Shown: positions 28,297 to 38,622, numbered from the whole stretch's first letter. The stretch: DNA of 63,652 bases, filler included, from 9 parts of 9 records of this genome joined end to end with filler, not necessarily neighbours in it; one strand, 5' to 3'. Numbers and translations: made by a program. Notes: a model not told the origin generated them from the letters alone.

Positions 28297-28376
28297 ATTT
28301 TACTTAGTAATACAAAAGTAAACATTTTGTATTACAAAAAGACATCAGAGCATAACCTAGGATCAGGGTAGCCATC

Positions 28377-28880
28377 ATGAAAGCAAAGAAAATCAGCGAA
28401 AGCAGAACCTTAATGACTTACAGAGTCTTGCCGCAGGACACTAATCCCGCTGGGAACCTGCATGGCGGGGTACTGCTTAAACAACTGGACCTTGTCGCTG
28501 CCACCTGCGCCATGCGTCATGCGCGCAAACCAGTGGTTACCGCTTCCATTGACCGCATGAATTTCCTGCGGCCCGCTTATGTGGGGGAACTCATCAACCT
28601 GCACGCCAACGTAAATATGGTCGGCAGGACCTCCATGGAAATCGGGGTCAGGGTTGAGGCTGAAAATCTTTTAACAGGTGAGATAAGGCACACAAACTCT
28701 GCCTATCTTACCTTCGTTGCCATGGGGGAAAACGGCAAACCTTCCCCGGTTCCACTGCTGATCCTTGAGACAGGAGTGGACCACAGACGCAACAGAGAGG
28801 CCATGGAACGACGCTCTGTGCGCAAAGAAGAAAAAATACGGGAAACCGCATCAGCAGCACAGAACGGGAGCAGAGAATAA
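28377..28880 (+). CDS. Acyl-CoA thioesterase (HotDog, YciA-like)
   Basis: PQDTNPAGNLHGG..LKQLD, VGRTSMEIGV. Confidence 0.92.
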   Translation: MKAKKISESRTLMTYRVLPQDTNPAGNLHGGVLLKQLDLVAATCAMRHARKPVVTASIDRMNFLRPAYVGELINLHANVNMVGRTSMEIGVRVEAENLLTGEIRHTNSAYLTFVAMGENGKPSPVPLLILETGVDHRRNREAMERRSVRKEEKIRETASAAQNGSRE

Positions 28881-28903
28881 ATCTCATCTTACACAGCTCG
28901 AAT

Positions 28904-29146
28904 AGCGCGGATTACGTCCGAAGTCAGCCGAATCCGTGCTGATTGCATCTACCAGCAGATTGCAAGCTACTCCGAGTCTGGTTTCTGGCCGGGAGCTCCA
29001 CCCTCCCGGCTAAAAATTTCGGCATCCTGCTCCTAGAGCGTCCGGTCGGGATTAACCCGGTCCCGGCCGGACGCCTCGCCCTATTTCAACACCGTCAAGG
29101 CCGGAAAGCCCCCTGAATGCGAATGTTCGCATGCAGGGGGCTTTCC
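28904..29146. ncRNA. Candidate structured RNA: five consecutive hairpins
   Basis: Stems at 28904-28940, 28943-28965, 28988-29010, 29038-29074, 29103-29146; no known family recognised. Confidence 0.35.
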
Positions 29147-29221
29147 ACGTTATTGGAATGTCCGAGAGACAGAGCAGCTTCCAGCAAGGCTTCGGAACAA
29201 GACTCTACAATCCCATAAAAC

Positions 29222-29941
29222 CTATCTGCAAGTTACGAGCGGCAATTTCCTTCCGATCCCAATTCCCTGTTCACTCAAAACAGCCTCATAAGCCCAGCAT
29301 TCAACGCCAGCCTCAAGGGCCTTGTAAAACAGCTCCGCGTATTCAAGATCGATAAAATCAGCCGGACCAAAACAATTGCCGTCATTTCGCTGCACAAAGA
29401 AGAACAGTGCAACCCGATCTCCTTTGGCGGCGAGAGCCATAAGCTCCATGAGATGCTTGCGCCCGCGTTCGGTCTGGGCATCAGGAAAACAAGCCACATC
29501 ATCCTCCACAAGGGTAACATTCTTGCACTCCACCCAGAGATTGGGCAACAGGCCGGAATCATCGGTAAACAGGCCGTCAAGACGACTATTACCCACCTTG
29601 GCTTCGCGTTTAAGGGTCGTATAGCCTATGGTTTCAGGAAGCTGTCCGGCTTCGAAAGCAAGTTGCAGCATTTTATTTGGGACCGAAGTGTTAACCCCGA
29701 TCAGTTCCCCGAAAGGAACTACCGCCTCAAGAGTCCACTTGAGTTTACGTTTAGAATTCTGAGCCGGCGATATAAAAACCTCCTGCCCCTCACGCAGCAA
29801 CCCGAGCATGGAACCGGTATTATTGGTATGCACACCGACAACTTCACCATCAAGCATAGCTTCAACAGTGAAACGTTTGTACCGACGAATAAAAACAGCA
29901 CGGCGGCAACCCTGTGGATAAAAAATTAACGGTTCTGACAT
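29222..29941 (-). CDS. sfsA: DNA/RNA nuclease SfsA
   Basis: RRYKRF, HTNNTGSM, SRLD, VECKNV, FPDAQTERGRKH; RBS AAGGAG before ATG 29941. Confidence 0.93.
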   Translation of the reverse strand: MSEPLIFYPQGCRRAVFIRRYKRFTVEAMLDGEVVGVHTNNTGSMLGLLREGQEVFISPAQNSKRKLKWTLEAVVPFGELIGVNTSVPNKMLQLAFEAGQLPETIGYTTLKREAKVGNSRLDGLFTDDSGLLPNLWVECKNVTLVEDDVACFPDAQTERGRKHLMELMALAAKGDRVALFFFVQRNDGNCFGPADFIDLEYAELFYKALEAGVECWAYEAVLSEQGIGIGRKLPLVTCR

Positions 29942-30201
29942 TTTACACTCCTTTCTCGATGTGACGGTATCTACACCGGGATGGTGGGTCTTTTTTGCGA
30001 CTGACAACAAAGCTAAGAATCAAAGAGGTTTGCTTCCTGTATAGGGTAAGGTTATACATTCACAATTTACAAAGAAGCACTTCCATATGAAGCAGAAAAG
30101 CCTAGTTTGACAATGATTTTCATACCATCTGATAGCCGAACTAAGGGCTAAAACCCCTTGACGAATCACTGGGTATCTGGAATATCGTCCTGTTAGTCAC
30201 A

Positions 30202-30219
30202 GTGTGACAGAATTCACAT
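30202..30219. promoter_or_regulatory. Putative Rex operator upstream of dsrT-dsrMK
   Basis: GTGTGAC-AGAA-TTCACAT resembles Rex TTGTGAA-N4-TTCACAA; downstream of a TTGACG -35 at 30158. Confidence 0.55.
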
Positions 30220-30319
30220 TTTTGGTTTTGTTTGAAAGCCAATCTCAGTTTCCGGACCCTGCCCCTTAAGGGAGGTAGCGGCCTGAAATTTATTGTTGTT
30301 TACAATACAGGTAATAAAA

Positions 30320-30850
30320 ATGAGTCTTGTACAAAAATTGTCGGAAAGAAAAGAAGACCTGACAGAAAAATGGTACGATCTGGTTCTTTCTTCCTATCCT
30401 AAAGAAACACAGGAAGTATGGAAGTCCAACAACGACCAGTTCACCAACCCAGTCGGAGTCACCATCAAAAAGGTCACCGGCGAGCTTTTTGACCTTATCA
30501 TTGAATGGAAAAGTGCCGACGATCTTGCAAACTCCCTTGACGAACTGATCAAGATCAGGACTGTTCAGGATTTTGCACCATCCAAAGCTTTAAGCTTTGT
30601 CTTCCTTTTCAAGAAACTCCTGAGAGACGAGTTCATGGAGGAACTGAAAAAAGAAGGCAAACTTGATGAGTTGCTCGCGTTTGAGGCCCGGATAGACAAT
30701 CTGGGACTTATCGCGTTCGACATCTATACCAAGAATAGGGATTTGATTGCGCAAATGAGAATTGAAGAGGTCAAAAGATCTCATCACATGCTCCTTCGGC
30801 GGGTCAACAAAATCGAGGACGCTTCGGCCAAAGGGGCCGGACAGGTGTAG
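30320..30850 (+). CDS. dsrT: RsbRD N-terminal domain protein (DsrT)
   Basis: DQFTNPVG, IKIRTVQDFAPSKALSFVF, AFDIY motifs; directly upstream of dsrM. Confidence 0.8.
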   Translation: MSLVQKLSERKEDLTEKWYDLVLSSYPKETQEVWKSNNDQFTNPVGVTIKKVTGELFDLIIEWKSADDLANSLDELIKIRTVQDFAPSKALSFVFLFKKLLRDEFMEELKKEGKLDELLAFEARIDNLGLIAFDIYTKNRDLIAQMRIEEVKRSHHMLLRRVNKIEDASAKGAGQV

Positions 30851-30897
30851 TGGCCGGCTTCCCAAGGAAGCCAAACGTATAAGCGAGGTGAAGGTAG

Positions 30898-31893
30898 ATG
30901 AACGCTTTGTACTCACTCGTTTTAGTTTTTGCCCTGGTGCTCATCGCACTCTTCGGAGTGGGTTCCGCACACATGGCAGGACTGTTCGGCACTCTGTTAC
31001 CGTATGTAGCAGTTGCCGTATTTCTGGTAGGCTTTGCCAACCGGATTATCGGCTGGGCAAAAAGCCCGGTTCCTTTCCGTATCCCGACCACGGGCGGACA
31101 GCAGAAGTCTCTGGATTTTATCCAGCATGACCGCTTTGATAACCCCGTGACCCCGGGTCAAACTTTTATCCGTATGATCCTTGAGATCTGTTGCTTTCGT
31201 TCCCTTTTCAGGAACACTAAAGTAGAACTCAGGGACGGAAGAGTTACTTACGCCTCATCCAAATGGCTGTGGTTGTTTTCTCTGCTCTTCCACTACTCAT
31301 TCCTGCTCATCGTGATCAGGCACATGAGACTCTTCTTCGAACCCGTGCCCGCTTGCATCGGCTTCGTTGAAATGATCGACGGTATCATGCAGATCGGTGT
31401 ACCCAGACTGTACATGTCAGACCTCCTGATTCTCGCTGGCCTCGGCTTCTTGCTCAGCCGCAGACTCAAGGATCCCAAACTGCGTTACATCTCTCTGGTA
31501 ACCGATTACTTCCCGCTGCTTCTCATCATCGGCATCGCCCTTTCCGGCATCTACATGCGCTACTTCGCGCACGTGGACATTATGGCCATCAAGAAGCTGA
31601 CTATGGGTCTTGTAACCTTCAGCCCCGTTATTCCCGCTGGTGTGAGCGTGGTGTTTTACATCCACCTCTTCCTCGTGTGTGTGCTGCTGGTCTACTTCCC
31701 CTTTAGTAAGCTGATGCACGCGGGCGGCGTATTCCTGTCTCCCACAAGGAACATGCCCAACGATACCCGTATCAACCATCACGAGAACCCCTGGAACGAT
31801 CCTAACATCAAGCCCCACAGCTATGAGGCTTATGAAGATGAGTTCAGGGAACCAATGATTGAAGCGGGTCTCCCGGTGGACAAAAAGGCATAG
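30898..31893 (+). CDS. dsrM: Sulfite reduction complex cytochrome b subunit DsrM
   Basis: PVPFRIPTT, FRSLFRNT, FHYS...RH, YFPFSKLMH (NarI-like heme b). Confidence 0.95.
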   Translation: MNALYSLVLVFALVLIALFGVGSAHMAGLFGTLLPYVAVAVFLVGFANRIIGWAKSPVPFRIPTTGGQQKSLDFIQHDRFDNPVTPGQTFIRMILEICCFRSLFRNTKVELRDGRVTYASSKWLWLFSLLFHYSFLLIVIRHMRLFFEPVPACIGFVEMIDGIMQIGVPRLYMSDLLILAGLGFLLSRRLKDPKLRYISLVTDYFPLLLIIGIALSGIYMRYFAHVDIMAIKKLTMGLVTFSPVIPAGVSVVFYIHLFLVCVLLVYFPFSKLMHAGGVFLSPTRNMPNDTRINHHENPWNDPNIKPHSYEAYEDEFREPMIEAGLPVDKKA

Positions 31894-31950
31894 AGGTCTT
31901 TTAAGACCTATGCCGGACAGACCTTAAATATCTTTTGATGAGGAGTTGAC

Positions 31951-33278
31951 ATGGCTGACCTCCCAAAAGCTGATGAGCTTTTTAAAAGCATTAATTATAC
32001 ACCGCCGTCCACTGGGTGGATGGACACCCCGGTAGATACTTCTCCGGGTAACTGGTGTTATCCCGCGAAAGCGGAAAAACTCGAGTACCTAGGCTTCCCC
32101 AACCCCCGCGAATGGAGTCCGGAAGACGTTGACTGGAAGCTCCCTGAAAACTGGCAGGACATTGTCCACGAAGGTTTCAAGGAAAGACTCGATAAATACC
32201 GTTCACTGAAAGTATTCATGGACATCTGTGTTCGCTGTGGTGCTTGTGCAGACAAGTGCCACTTCTTCATCGGTTCCGGTGATCCCAAGAACATGCCCGT
32301 CCTGCGTGCGGAACTTATGCGTTCCATCTACCGCAAGGACTTCACCATGGCCGGTAAAATTCTGAGCACCCTGACCGGGTCCAGAGTCATGACCGAAGAT
32401 GTTCTCAAAGAATGGTTCATTTACTTCTATCAGTGCACAGAGTGCCGTCGTTGTTCCCTGTTCTGCCCTTACGGCATCGACACAGCGGAAATCACCATGA
32501 TGGCACGTGAACTGCTGCATCTCTGCGGTGTGAACATCAACTGGATCCTCGAACCGGTTTCCAACTGTAACCGTACAGGTAACCACCTCGGTATCCAGCC
32601 CCACGCATTCAAAGACATCGTCGACTTCATGGTTGACGATATCGAAGAAATTACCGGTAAACGCATCAACGTTCCCATCAACGAAAAGGGTCATGAAGTT
32701 ATCTTCATCACTCCTTCCGGTGACGTTTTCGCTGATCCGGGCATCTACACCTTCATGGGTTACCTGATGCTCTTCGATCACATCGGTCTTGACTACACCC
32801 TGTCCACCTACGCATCTGAAGGTGGTAACTTCGGTCTCTTCACATCTGCTGATATGATGAAGAAGCTGAACGCCAAGATGTACGCCGAAGCAGACCGCCT
32901 CGGTGCAAAATGGATTCTGGGCGGCGAATGTGGTCACATGTGGCGTGTTATCAACCAGTACATGGATACCATGAACGGCGATGCGAACACTCTGGAAGTT
33001 CCCAAGAGCCCCATCACCGGTACTGTGTTTGAAAACGCCCGTCAGACCAAGATGGTTCACATCACCGAGTTTACCGCTGACCTGCTCAAGCACAACAAAC
33101 TGAAGCTTGATCCCAGCAGAAACGACCATATCCGCGCAACATTCCACGATTCCTGTAACCCCGCCCGTGCCATGGGTCTCATGGACGAGCCTCGTTACGT
33201 TATCAAGAACGTTGTTAAGAACTTCTTTGAAATGCCCGAACAGACCATTCGTGAGCAGACTTTCTGCTGCGCTGGCGG
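31951..33278 (+). CDS. dsrK: Sulfite reduction complex catalytic subunit DsrK, 3'-truncated
   Basis: CVRCGACADKC, CTECRRCSLFCP, GGECGHMWR, HDSCNPAR. Confidence 0.95.
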
Positions 33279-33378
33279 NNNNNNNNNNNNNNNNNNNNNN
33301 NNNNNNNNNNNNNNNNNNNNNNTTAATTAATTAANNNNNNNNNNNNNNNNNNNNNNNNNNNNNNNNNNNNNNNNNNNN
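33279..33378. other. Artificial contig spacer
   Basis: N-run + TTAATTAATTAA + N-run. Confidence 0.98.
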
Positions 33379-33702
33379 GTTGGCGTTCATGTTGGTGGAG
33401 GTTCCGGCACCGCCTTGAATAATATCGACTACAAACTGTTCGTGGTGCTTGTCGGCCAGCAGTTCATCGCAGGCAAAGACGATTGCTTTGGTCTTTTCAT
33501 CATCCAGTTTGCCCAATTCATTGTTGGTCAGGGCGGCGGCTTTTTTGATCTGGGCCAAAGAGTAGATTATGTGCGGGTAGTGGGAGATGGGGATTCCGGT
33601 AATGTAAAAGTTTTCGGATGCCCTCATGGTTTGTGCCCCGTATAGGGCCTCTTCAGGAACTTCTTTCTGGCCTATGCAGTCATGCTCATTACGAAATTTC
33701 AT
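33379..33702 (-). CDS. aspA: Aspartate ammonia-lyase, 3'-truncated
   Basis: YGAQTMRASENF, IKKAAA, QGGAGTSTNMNAN; RBS GGAG before ATG 33702. Confidence 0.85.
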
Positions 33703-33892
33703 TTCTTTCTCCAAAGAATTGTATAGTGGTGTATTTCAGGGGAGAAAGTACCGTTGAAGAAAAGACGGCACTGTATTGCCCCGTTAACTTCGTTTTATCA
33801 TATCGGCATACGGGGTCAATACAACTGTTTGAAATCTTTATTCACACGATTTGTAGTTTAAAATGTGCCTTTTTTGTGAAAACAATACGGAT

Positions 33893-36184
33893 TTAAAACG
33901 AGTATCCGTTTTTACCCTGATTTTTAGCTTTGTACATGGCTTCATCTGCAAGGCGGATCAGTTTTTCTTTTTCTTCTCCGTTATCCGGAAAAATACTGAT
34001 TCCGATGCTTACTCCGATCCTGTAGACATTTTCTCCAATGTAGAAAGGTGCGCGCATGGAGTCTATTATGCGCTGGGCTACCACTTCGATTTCTGTGCTG
34101 GTTCCCACATCCTGTAAGATAAAGATAAATTCATCTCCGCCGATGCGGGAAAGGGTGTCGCTGGTGCGCAGACAGTCGCTGAATCGGCCTGCAACGTCTT
34201 TGAGTACCGTATCCCCGGCCATATGTCCCAGTTCGTCGTTAACCTGTTTGAAACTGTCGAGGTCGGCATAGAGGATGGCAACTTTCATACGGTTACGATT
34301 GGCATGGGAAAGGGCCTGTTTCAAACGGTCATCAAAGAGTACGCGGTTTGGCAACCCGGTCAGGTTGTCGAACATGGCCAGACGACGCATGGTTTCCTCG
34401 TGTTCCTTGCGTTCGGAAATGTCCATGAGGAAACCGTCCATGCGTACGATATTTCCATCTTCGTCTTTGATGGCCATGATGGTTTCGCTGGCCCAGAATG
34501 TGGACCCGTCTTTGCGCTTTTGACGGGCTTCGAAGTTGCTTGTACGGCCAAATTTGTTGAGGATGGTCAGAAGTCGGTCTCGTTCTTCGGGCTGTACATA
34601 GCAGTCTCGGGCAATATCGGTGATTTCATCCAGGAATGATTCCGGTGATTTGTATCCGTAATATGTCGCCATTTGGCTATTTGAACTGATGAATCTACCT
34701 TGAGGAGTTGTTTGGAAGATCCCAAGAGGTGCTGTGGTTACCAGCGCACTGTAATTTTCTTCAGCCTGTCTCAGGGCCTTTTCCTCATTTTTGCGGTCCG
34801 TAATGTCGAGGATGAATCCTACCATGCTGTTTTCTTCCAGCAGGCTGGTTCCTTTCTCATAAACCCAGCGTGTACTACCGTCACTACGGATGATGCGATA
34901 TTCATGTTCAAAAGATTTGCTCTGGCTAAGGGATTTGCTGATTACATTTTTTAATTCTGTTCGGTCCTCTGGGTGTACAAGATCGTAATACATACTTTTG
35001 TCACCCTTGAGAAAAATATTAGGGTCAAATCCGGTTACTTTGCGAATTTTGGAACTGATGTAATGCATTTCAAAGGGTGGGGATATTTCGCATTTGTAAA
35101 TAATGCCCGGAGCATTTCCAGCGATGGCTTCGAAAATATTATCTTTGCTTTTGAGTTCCTTATTCTGGCGGAGGAGCAGCTGTTGGGATCTGTGATAGTA
35201 AAAGAAGAATACAACTGCAAAGAAGAGCAGGGAAAGAAATCCAAACATTGCTGCCCGCACAGCCTGTATGGAAGACATTGAGTTGGTCGCATCAGTTTCA
35301 GGCGCGGAAATGGCAACAACAAGTTTCATCTCTCCAAAGCGCACAGAGTGCCAAGCGACCAGTTTGCGCTCTACGTGTTTATCCCGCTTTACAGTGAAGG
35401 AGTACTCTCCGGTTCCGTATGGTTCCTGAAGCATGCGGGAGTCTATCTTGATTAAATCCTGATACCCTTTGTGAAGTGAGAATACGTTTTGTCCGAGTAT
35501 CTCAGTTTCCTGATCAAATAAGACTGTTCCCGATCCGTCGATAATATACCCTGATCCGAATTTTCCTATTTGCAGGGGGTTGATGTATTTGTCGGTAAGT
35601 TTATCCAGATCAATGATAATTGTGAGAATTCCCGAAAAAACGTTTTCGTTCCAGACAGGCATGAGCAGTCCAGCCAAACGTATTTTTTCATTAACCTTTG
35701 GTTTCGGGGTAATGAATCCCGAACGCATGCCTGAAACAGCCGAGTAATATTTTTCAGTCCATTCTTGTGAGATGCGATGTGCCTGTATCAATTTTGATGA
35801 ATTGATTTCAGATGTAAGTTCACCTCCAAGTGCAGAGTGGAAGCTGATCAGGGTCAGGGAGGTCTGGTCTGTCTGTTTTATTTTGAACAATTTCTTTATT
35901 GATTCCGCGGAACGATTTCCGGCAATAAAATCCACGAGTGAATATTTTGCTACCGTTGAGGCTGATTCAACTATATTTCCAAGTTTATCTTCCAGCGCTG
36001 TAGCGACAAGTTTTGCTTGCAGGGCCTGTTGTTCATTGAAGAGCCTTTCCTGGTCACGGATGGACATGGTGTCCAGCTTGATGCAAATGTAGCTGGCTAC
36101 GGTCAGAATCATAATCAACGGGATTATTAGCCTGAGCGGAATCCATTTCTTGAAAAAGTTGCTTTTCTTTGGTGCTAGAATCAA
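33893..36184 (-). CDS. Cache-PAS-PAS diguanylate cyclase
   Basis: Two TMs around a periplasmic domain, two PAS/PAC, RTSD I-site and GGDEF. Confidence 0.92.
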   Translation of the reverse strand: MILAPKKSNFFKKWIPLRLIIPLIMILTVASYICIKLDTMSIRDQERLFNEQQALQAKLVATALEDKLGNIVESASTVAKYSLVDFIAGNRSAESIKKLFKIKQTDQTSLTLISFHSALGGELTSEINSSKLIQAHRISQEWTEKYYSAVSGMRSGFITPKPKVNEKIRLAGLLMPVWNENVFSGILTIIIDLDKLTDKYINPLQIGKFGSGYIIDGSGTVLFDQETEILGQNVFSLHKGYQDLIKIDSRMLQEPYGTGEYSFTVKRDKHVERKLVAWHSVRFGEMKLVVAISAPETDATNSMSSIQAVRAAMFGFLSLLFFAVVFFFYYHRSQQLLLRQNKELKSKDNIFEAIAGNAPGIIYKCEISPPFEMHYISSKIRKVTGFDPNIFLKGDKSMYYDLVHPEDRTELKNVISKSLSQSKSFEHEYRIIRSDGSTRWVYEKGTSLLEENSMVGFILDITDRKNEEKALRQAEENYSALVTTAPLGIFQTTPQGRFISSNSQMATYYGYKSPESFLDEITDIARDCYVQPEERDRLLTILNKFGRTSNFEARQKRKDGSTFWASETIMAIKDEDGNIVRMDGFLMDISERKEHEETMRRLAMFDNLTGLPNRVLFDDRLKQALSHANRNRMKVAILYADLDSFKQVNDELGHMAGDTVLKDVAGRFSDCLRTSDTLSRIGGDEFIFILQDVGTSTEIEVVAQRIIDSMRAPFYIGENVYRIGVSIGISIFPDNGEEKEKLIRLADEAMYKAKNQGKNGYSF

Positions 36185-36211
36185 TTTTTTGCTCCGGCCC
36201 TGCAGTGCTAA

Positions 36212-37111
36212 TTAGTTGTTTATCTTTGAAATCGTTTTAAAATTTTTATTCAGTCCATCTGCAACGTATACAACAATCCCACTCCATATAAAGGCGAAAG
36301 TGACCAGCCTTGCAGAGTTAAAAGGCTCTTCATATACAAATACACCAAGCATGAGTGCCAATGTGGGGGCGATGTATTGCATCATCCCCAATGTAACCAA
36401 CCGCAGCCTGCGCGCTCCATGGGCAAAAAAGATGAGCGGTAAGGATGTGGCGGCGCCCGCTCCAAGCAACAGAAGATTATCCATAAGGCTGATTTTATGT
36501 ATACTTATTTCTCCTGAAAAAGCCAGCCATAGAAGGTAAATCGCAGATAAAGGTGCAAGCACAGCTGTTTCAACAAATAGTCCCGGCAGGGATTCTACTT
36601 TCATTACTTTACGGACCAGTCCGTAAAAGGCGAATGAAACAGCTAACGTTAATGCTATATAAGGAATGTGTCCGTAATCAATTATAGAATAAGCTACACC
36701 GCATGCGGCTAGGGCAATAGCAATTATTTGTAGGCGGTTCAGCCTTTCCTTCATGAATATGAAACCTAGTAGGGCATTCATCAGCGGCGTCATGTAATAG
36801 CCCATGCTGGTGTCCACAACATGGTCATGGTTAACCGCCCAAATATAGATGAACCAGTTTGTTCCAATGAGACAACTGCTTATGGTCAGCAGGATTTTCC
36901 CTTTTTTGTCCGCAAGGGCTTTTTTTACTTCTGCCCAGCGTTTTTTGCAGGAAAGTAGAATCGCAACAAAAAAAAGTGACCAGACAATTCTGTTGCAGAG
37001 AAGTTCAAGTGCGGGGACTTCTTCCAGCGCTTTCCAGTAAACAGGTAGTAAGCCCCAGAGGGTAAATGCCGCAGCGGCATAGAATAGTCCGTCGTGAGTG
37101 TCTTTGTTCAT
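36212..37111 (-). CDS. rarD: EamA-family transporter RarD
   Basis: WGLLPVYWK, NWFIYIWAV, SMGYYMTPL, QYIAP; likely start 37111. Confidence 0.92.
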   Translation of the reverse strand: MNKDTHDGLFYAAAAFTLWGLLPVYWKALEEVPALELLCNRIVWSLFFVAILLSCKKRWAEVKKALADKKGKILLTISSCLIGTNWFIYIWAVNHDHVVDTSMGYYMTPLMNALLGFIFMKERLNRLQIIAIALAACGVAYSIIDYGHIPYIALTLAVSFAFYGLVRKVMKVESLPGLFVETAVLAPLSAIYLLWLAFSGEISIHKISLMDNLLLLGAGAATSLPLIFFAHGARRLRLVTLGMMQYIAPTLALMLGVFVYEEPFNSARLVTFAFIWSGIVVYVADGLNKNFKTISKINN

Positions 37112-37207
37112 TTTTCCCGGTCCGTGATAAATTATTGAGGCGGGAAAGATATTCCAATCCACGTACGGTTGCAACAAACATTATAGTGTTACTGCACGGG
37201 AGCTGGA

Positions 37208-38440
37208 TTAAGTGCTGATATCGATGCAAAGGATGGGGGATTTGGTGGTGTCGTATATTTTTGTGGAAACAGTTACGCAGTTGTTTCCTGAGGCGAGTGA
37301 TATATATGGGGCGGTGGTGTGCCACTGGTTGCCTGTTTTGATGGTCAGGTAGTATTCTTTCAGGGAATGGTCAGCTCCCACAGGGGCAGGCTGATATATA
37401 AGCCGTCTATTCTCTTTTAGTTTGTAAGGATTGCAGATTGTTTCTGAAACTTGAATTCCATTGGTGTCCAGAATGTAGGCACATTCTATGTTTGTGTTTT
37501 CAGTAATGAAGGCAGATAGAGCTGAATCCGTTGTTCCGGGAGTTTCATCTGTCAGTGTCTCACGTAATTTCGCGGCCATCCTTCTGTAGCTGTTCTCCAT
37601 TATTTTCTGGCGGTTTAGTTTTTCCAGGATGTGGGTTTTGAAACGTGAGGCCAGTAATTTTGCCGGGGTCATGTCTGCGTTGATTGCCATGGCTGCCGGG
37701 GCTGGTTTGCTGAAAAAGAACCCCTGGAAAACATCGATGCCTAGAGTCATCAAGGTCAGGGCTTCCTCAACAGTTTCAATTCCCTCGGCTAAAGGCAGGC
37801 TCCCTGTTCTTTCAGCAAGACTGATTAGAGAACGGGTTACTTCCATATTGTGAAATTTTCTATTGATATCAGTGATTAGAGAACGGTCAATTTTAATGAT
37901 GTCCGGTTTGAGGGAGGGGATGCGGTCAAGATTGGAATGGCCGGTGCCTACATCGTCAAGGGCGATAAGAAACCCGTGCTCACGGGATTTGTCTACAAAT
38001 GATGTGAGGGCTGCGTCGCTGCCCGCTTTGGATTCGATTATTTCAAGGATGACATTTTCGACAGGGATGGAGCATTCTTCAACCATCTTTTCGGTTAGCC
38101 CGTAGTTGAAAGTCTTCTCATTGATAATAGCTGCGTCGATGTTCACGGACAGGAGTAGTGATCGGTCATTTTTTGAAATGGGGGCGAATGTTTCAAAGGC
38201 TTTTTTCCGGCAGGCACGATCCAGTATGGTCAGGGTTTCAAGGTCCTCGCACATATTGAAAAGGGTGAATGGCGGGATATTGTCACCTGTGCGGGGGTTG
38301 ATAGCCCGGGTTAGGGCTTCAAAACCAAGCAAGCCTTTGCGGTTCATGGAGATAAGTGGCTGCAGCACTGTGGTCAAACCATTGTTTTCAATGAGTTCAG
38401 AAATGGAAAAATCGGGAGTAGTCTTCATGGGGGCAGTCAT
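37208..38440 (-). CDS. EAL-domain phosphodiesterase with C-terminal EAL-associated domain
   Basis: FEALTR, DDVGTGHSNL, IKIDRS, AEGIET, QGFFFSKP; C-terminal APYISLASG. Confidence 0.9.
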   Translation of the reverse strand: MTAPMKTTPDFSISELIENNGLTTVLQPLISMNRKGLLGFEALTRAINPRTGDNIPPFTLFNMCEDLETLTILDRACRKKAFETFAPISKNDRSLLLSVNIDAAIINEKTFNYGLTEKMVEECSIPVENVILEIIESKAGSDAALTSFVDKSREHGFLIALDDVGTGHSNLDRIPSLKPDIIKIDRSLITDINRKFHNMEVTRSLISLAERTGSLPLAEGIETVEEALTLMTLGIDVFQGFFFSKPAPAAMAINADMTPAKLLASRFKTHILEKLNRQKIMENSYRRMAAKLRETLTDETPGTTDSALSAFITENTNIECAYILDTNGIQVSETICNPYKLKENRRLIYQPAPVGADHSLKEYYLTIKTGNQWHTTAPYISLASGNNCVTVSTKIYDTTKSPILCIDIST

Positions 38441-38520
38441 TTTGTTATGTGTTTACAGTTGCTTCTATCCTGTTAACACGGACGCGAAGTGGAACCAAAG
38501 GGTATTTAATCCGTATTTTT

Positions 38521-38622
38521 AAAAAAAGCGGCCGAAAGGGTGGGAAGTCCCTTTCGGCCGGTGGAGTCCGATGGAGGTGGGCATCGGACTGGACCGGGTT
38601 TTACTGCCGATGATAAACCCGG
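38521..38622 (-). terminator. Three tandem hairpins ending in the intrinsic terminator of the amt-P-II operon
   Basis: Perfect stems of 8, 9 and 12 bp; the last is followed by a U7 tail on the minus strand. Confidence 0.75.

Noticed and set aside
28890-29150. SRP RNA, RNase P or tmRNA in the contig containing ffh
   Set aside because: No SRP domain IV motif (CAGG...GGAAG.AGCAG), no RNase P GAGGAAAGUCC and no tRNA-like ends on either strand
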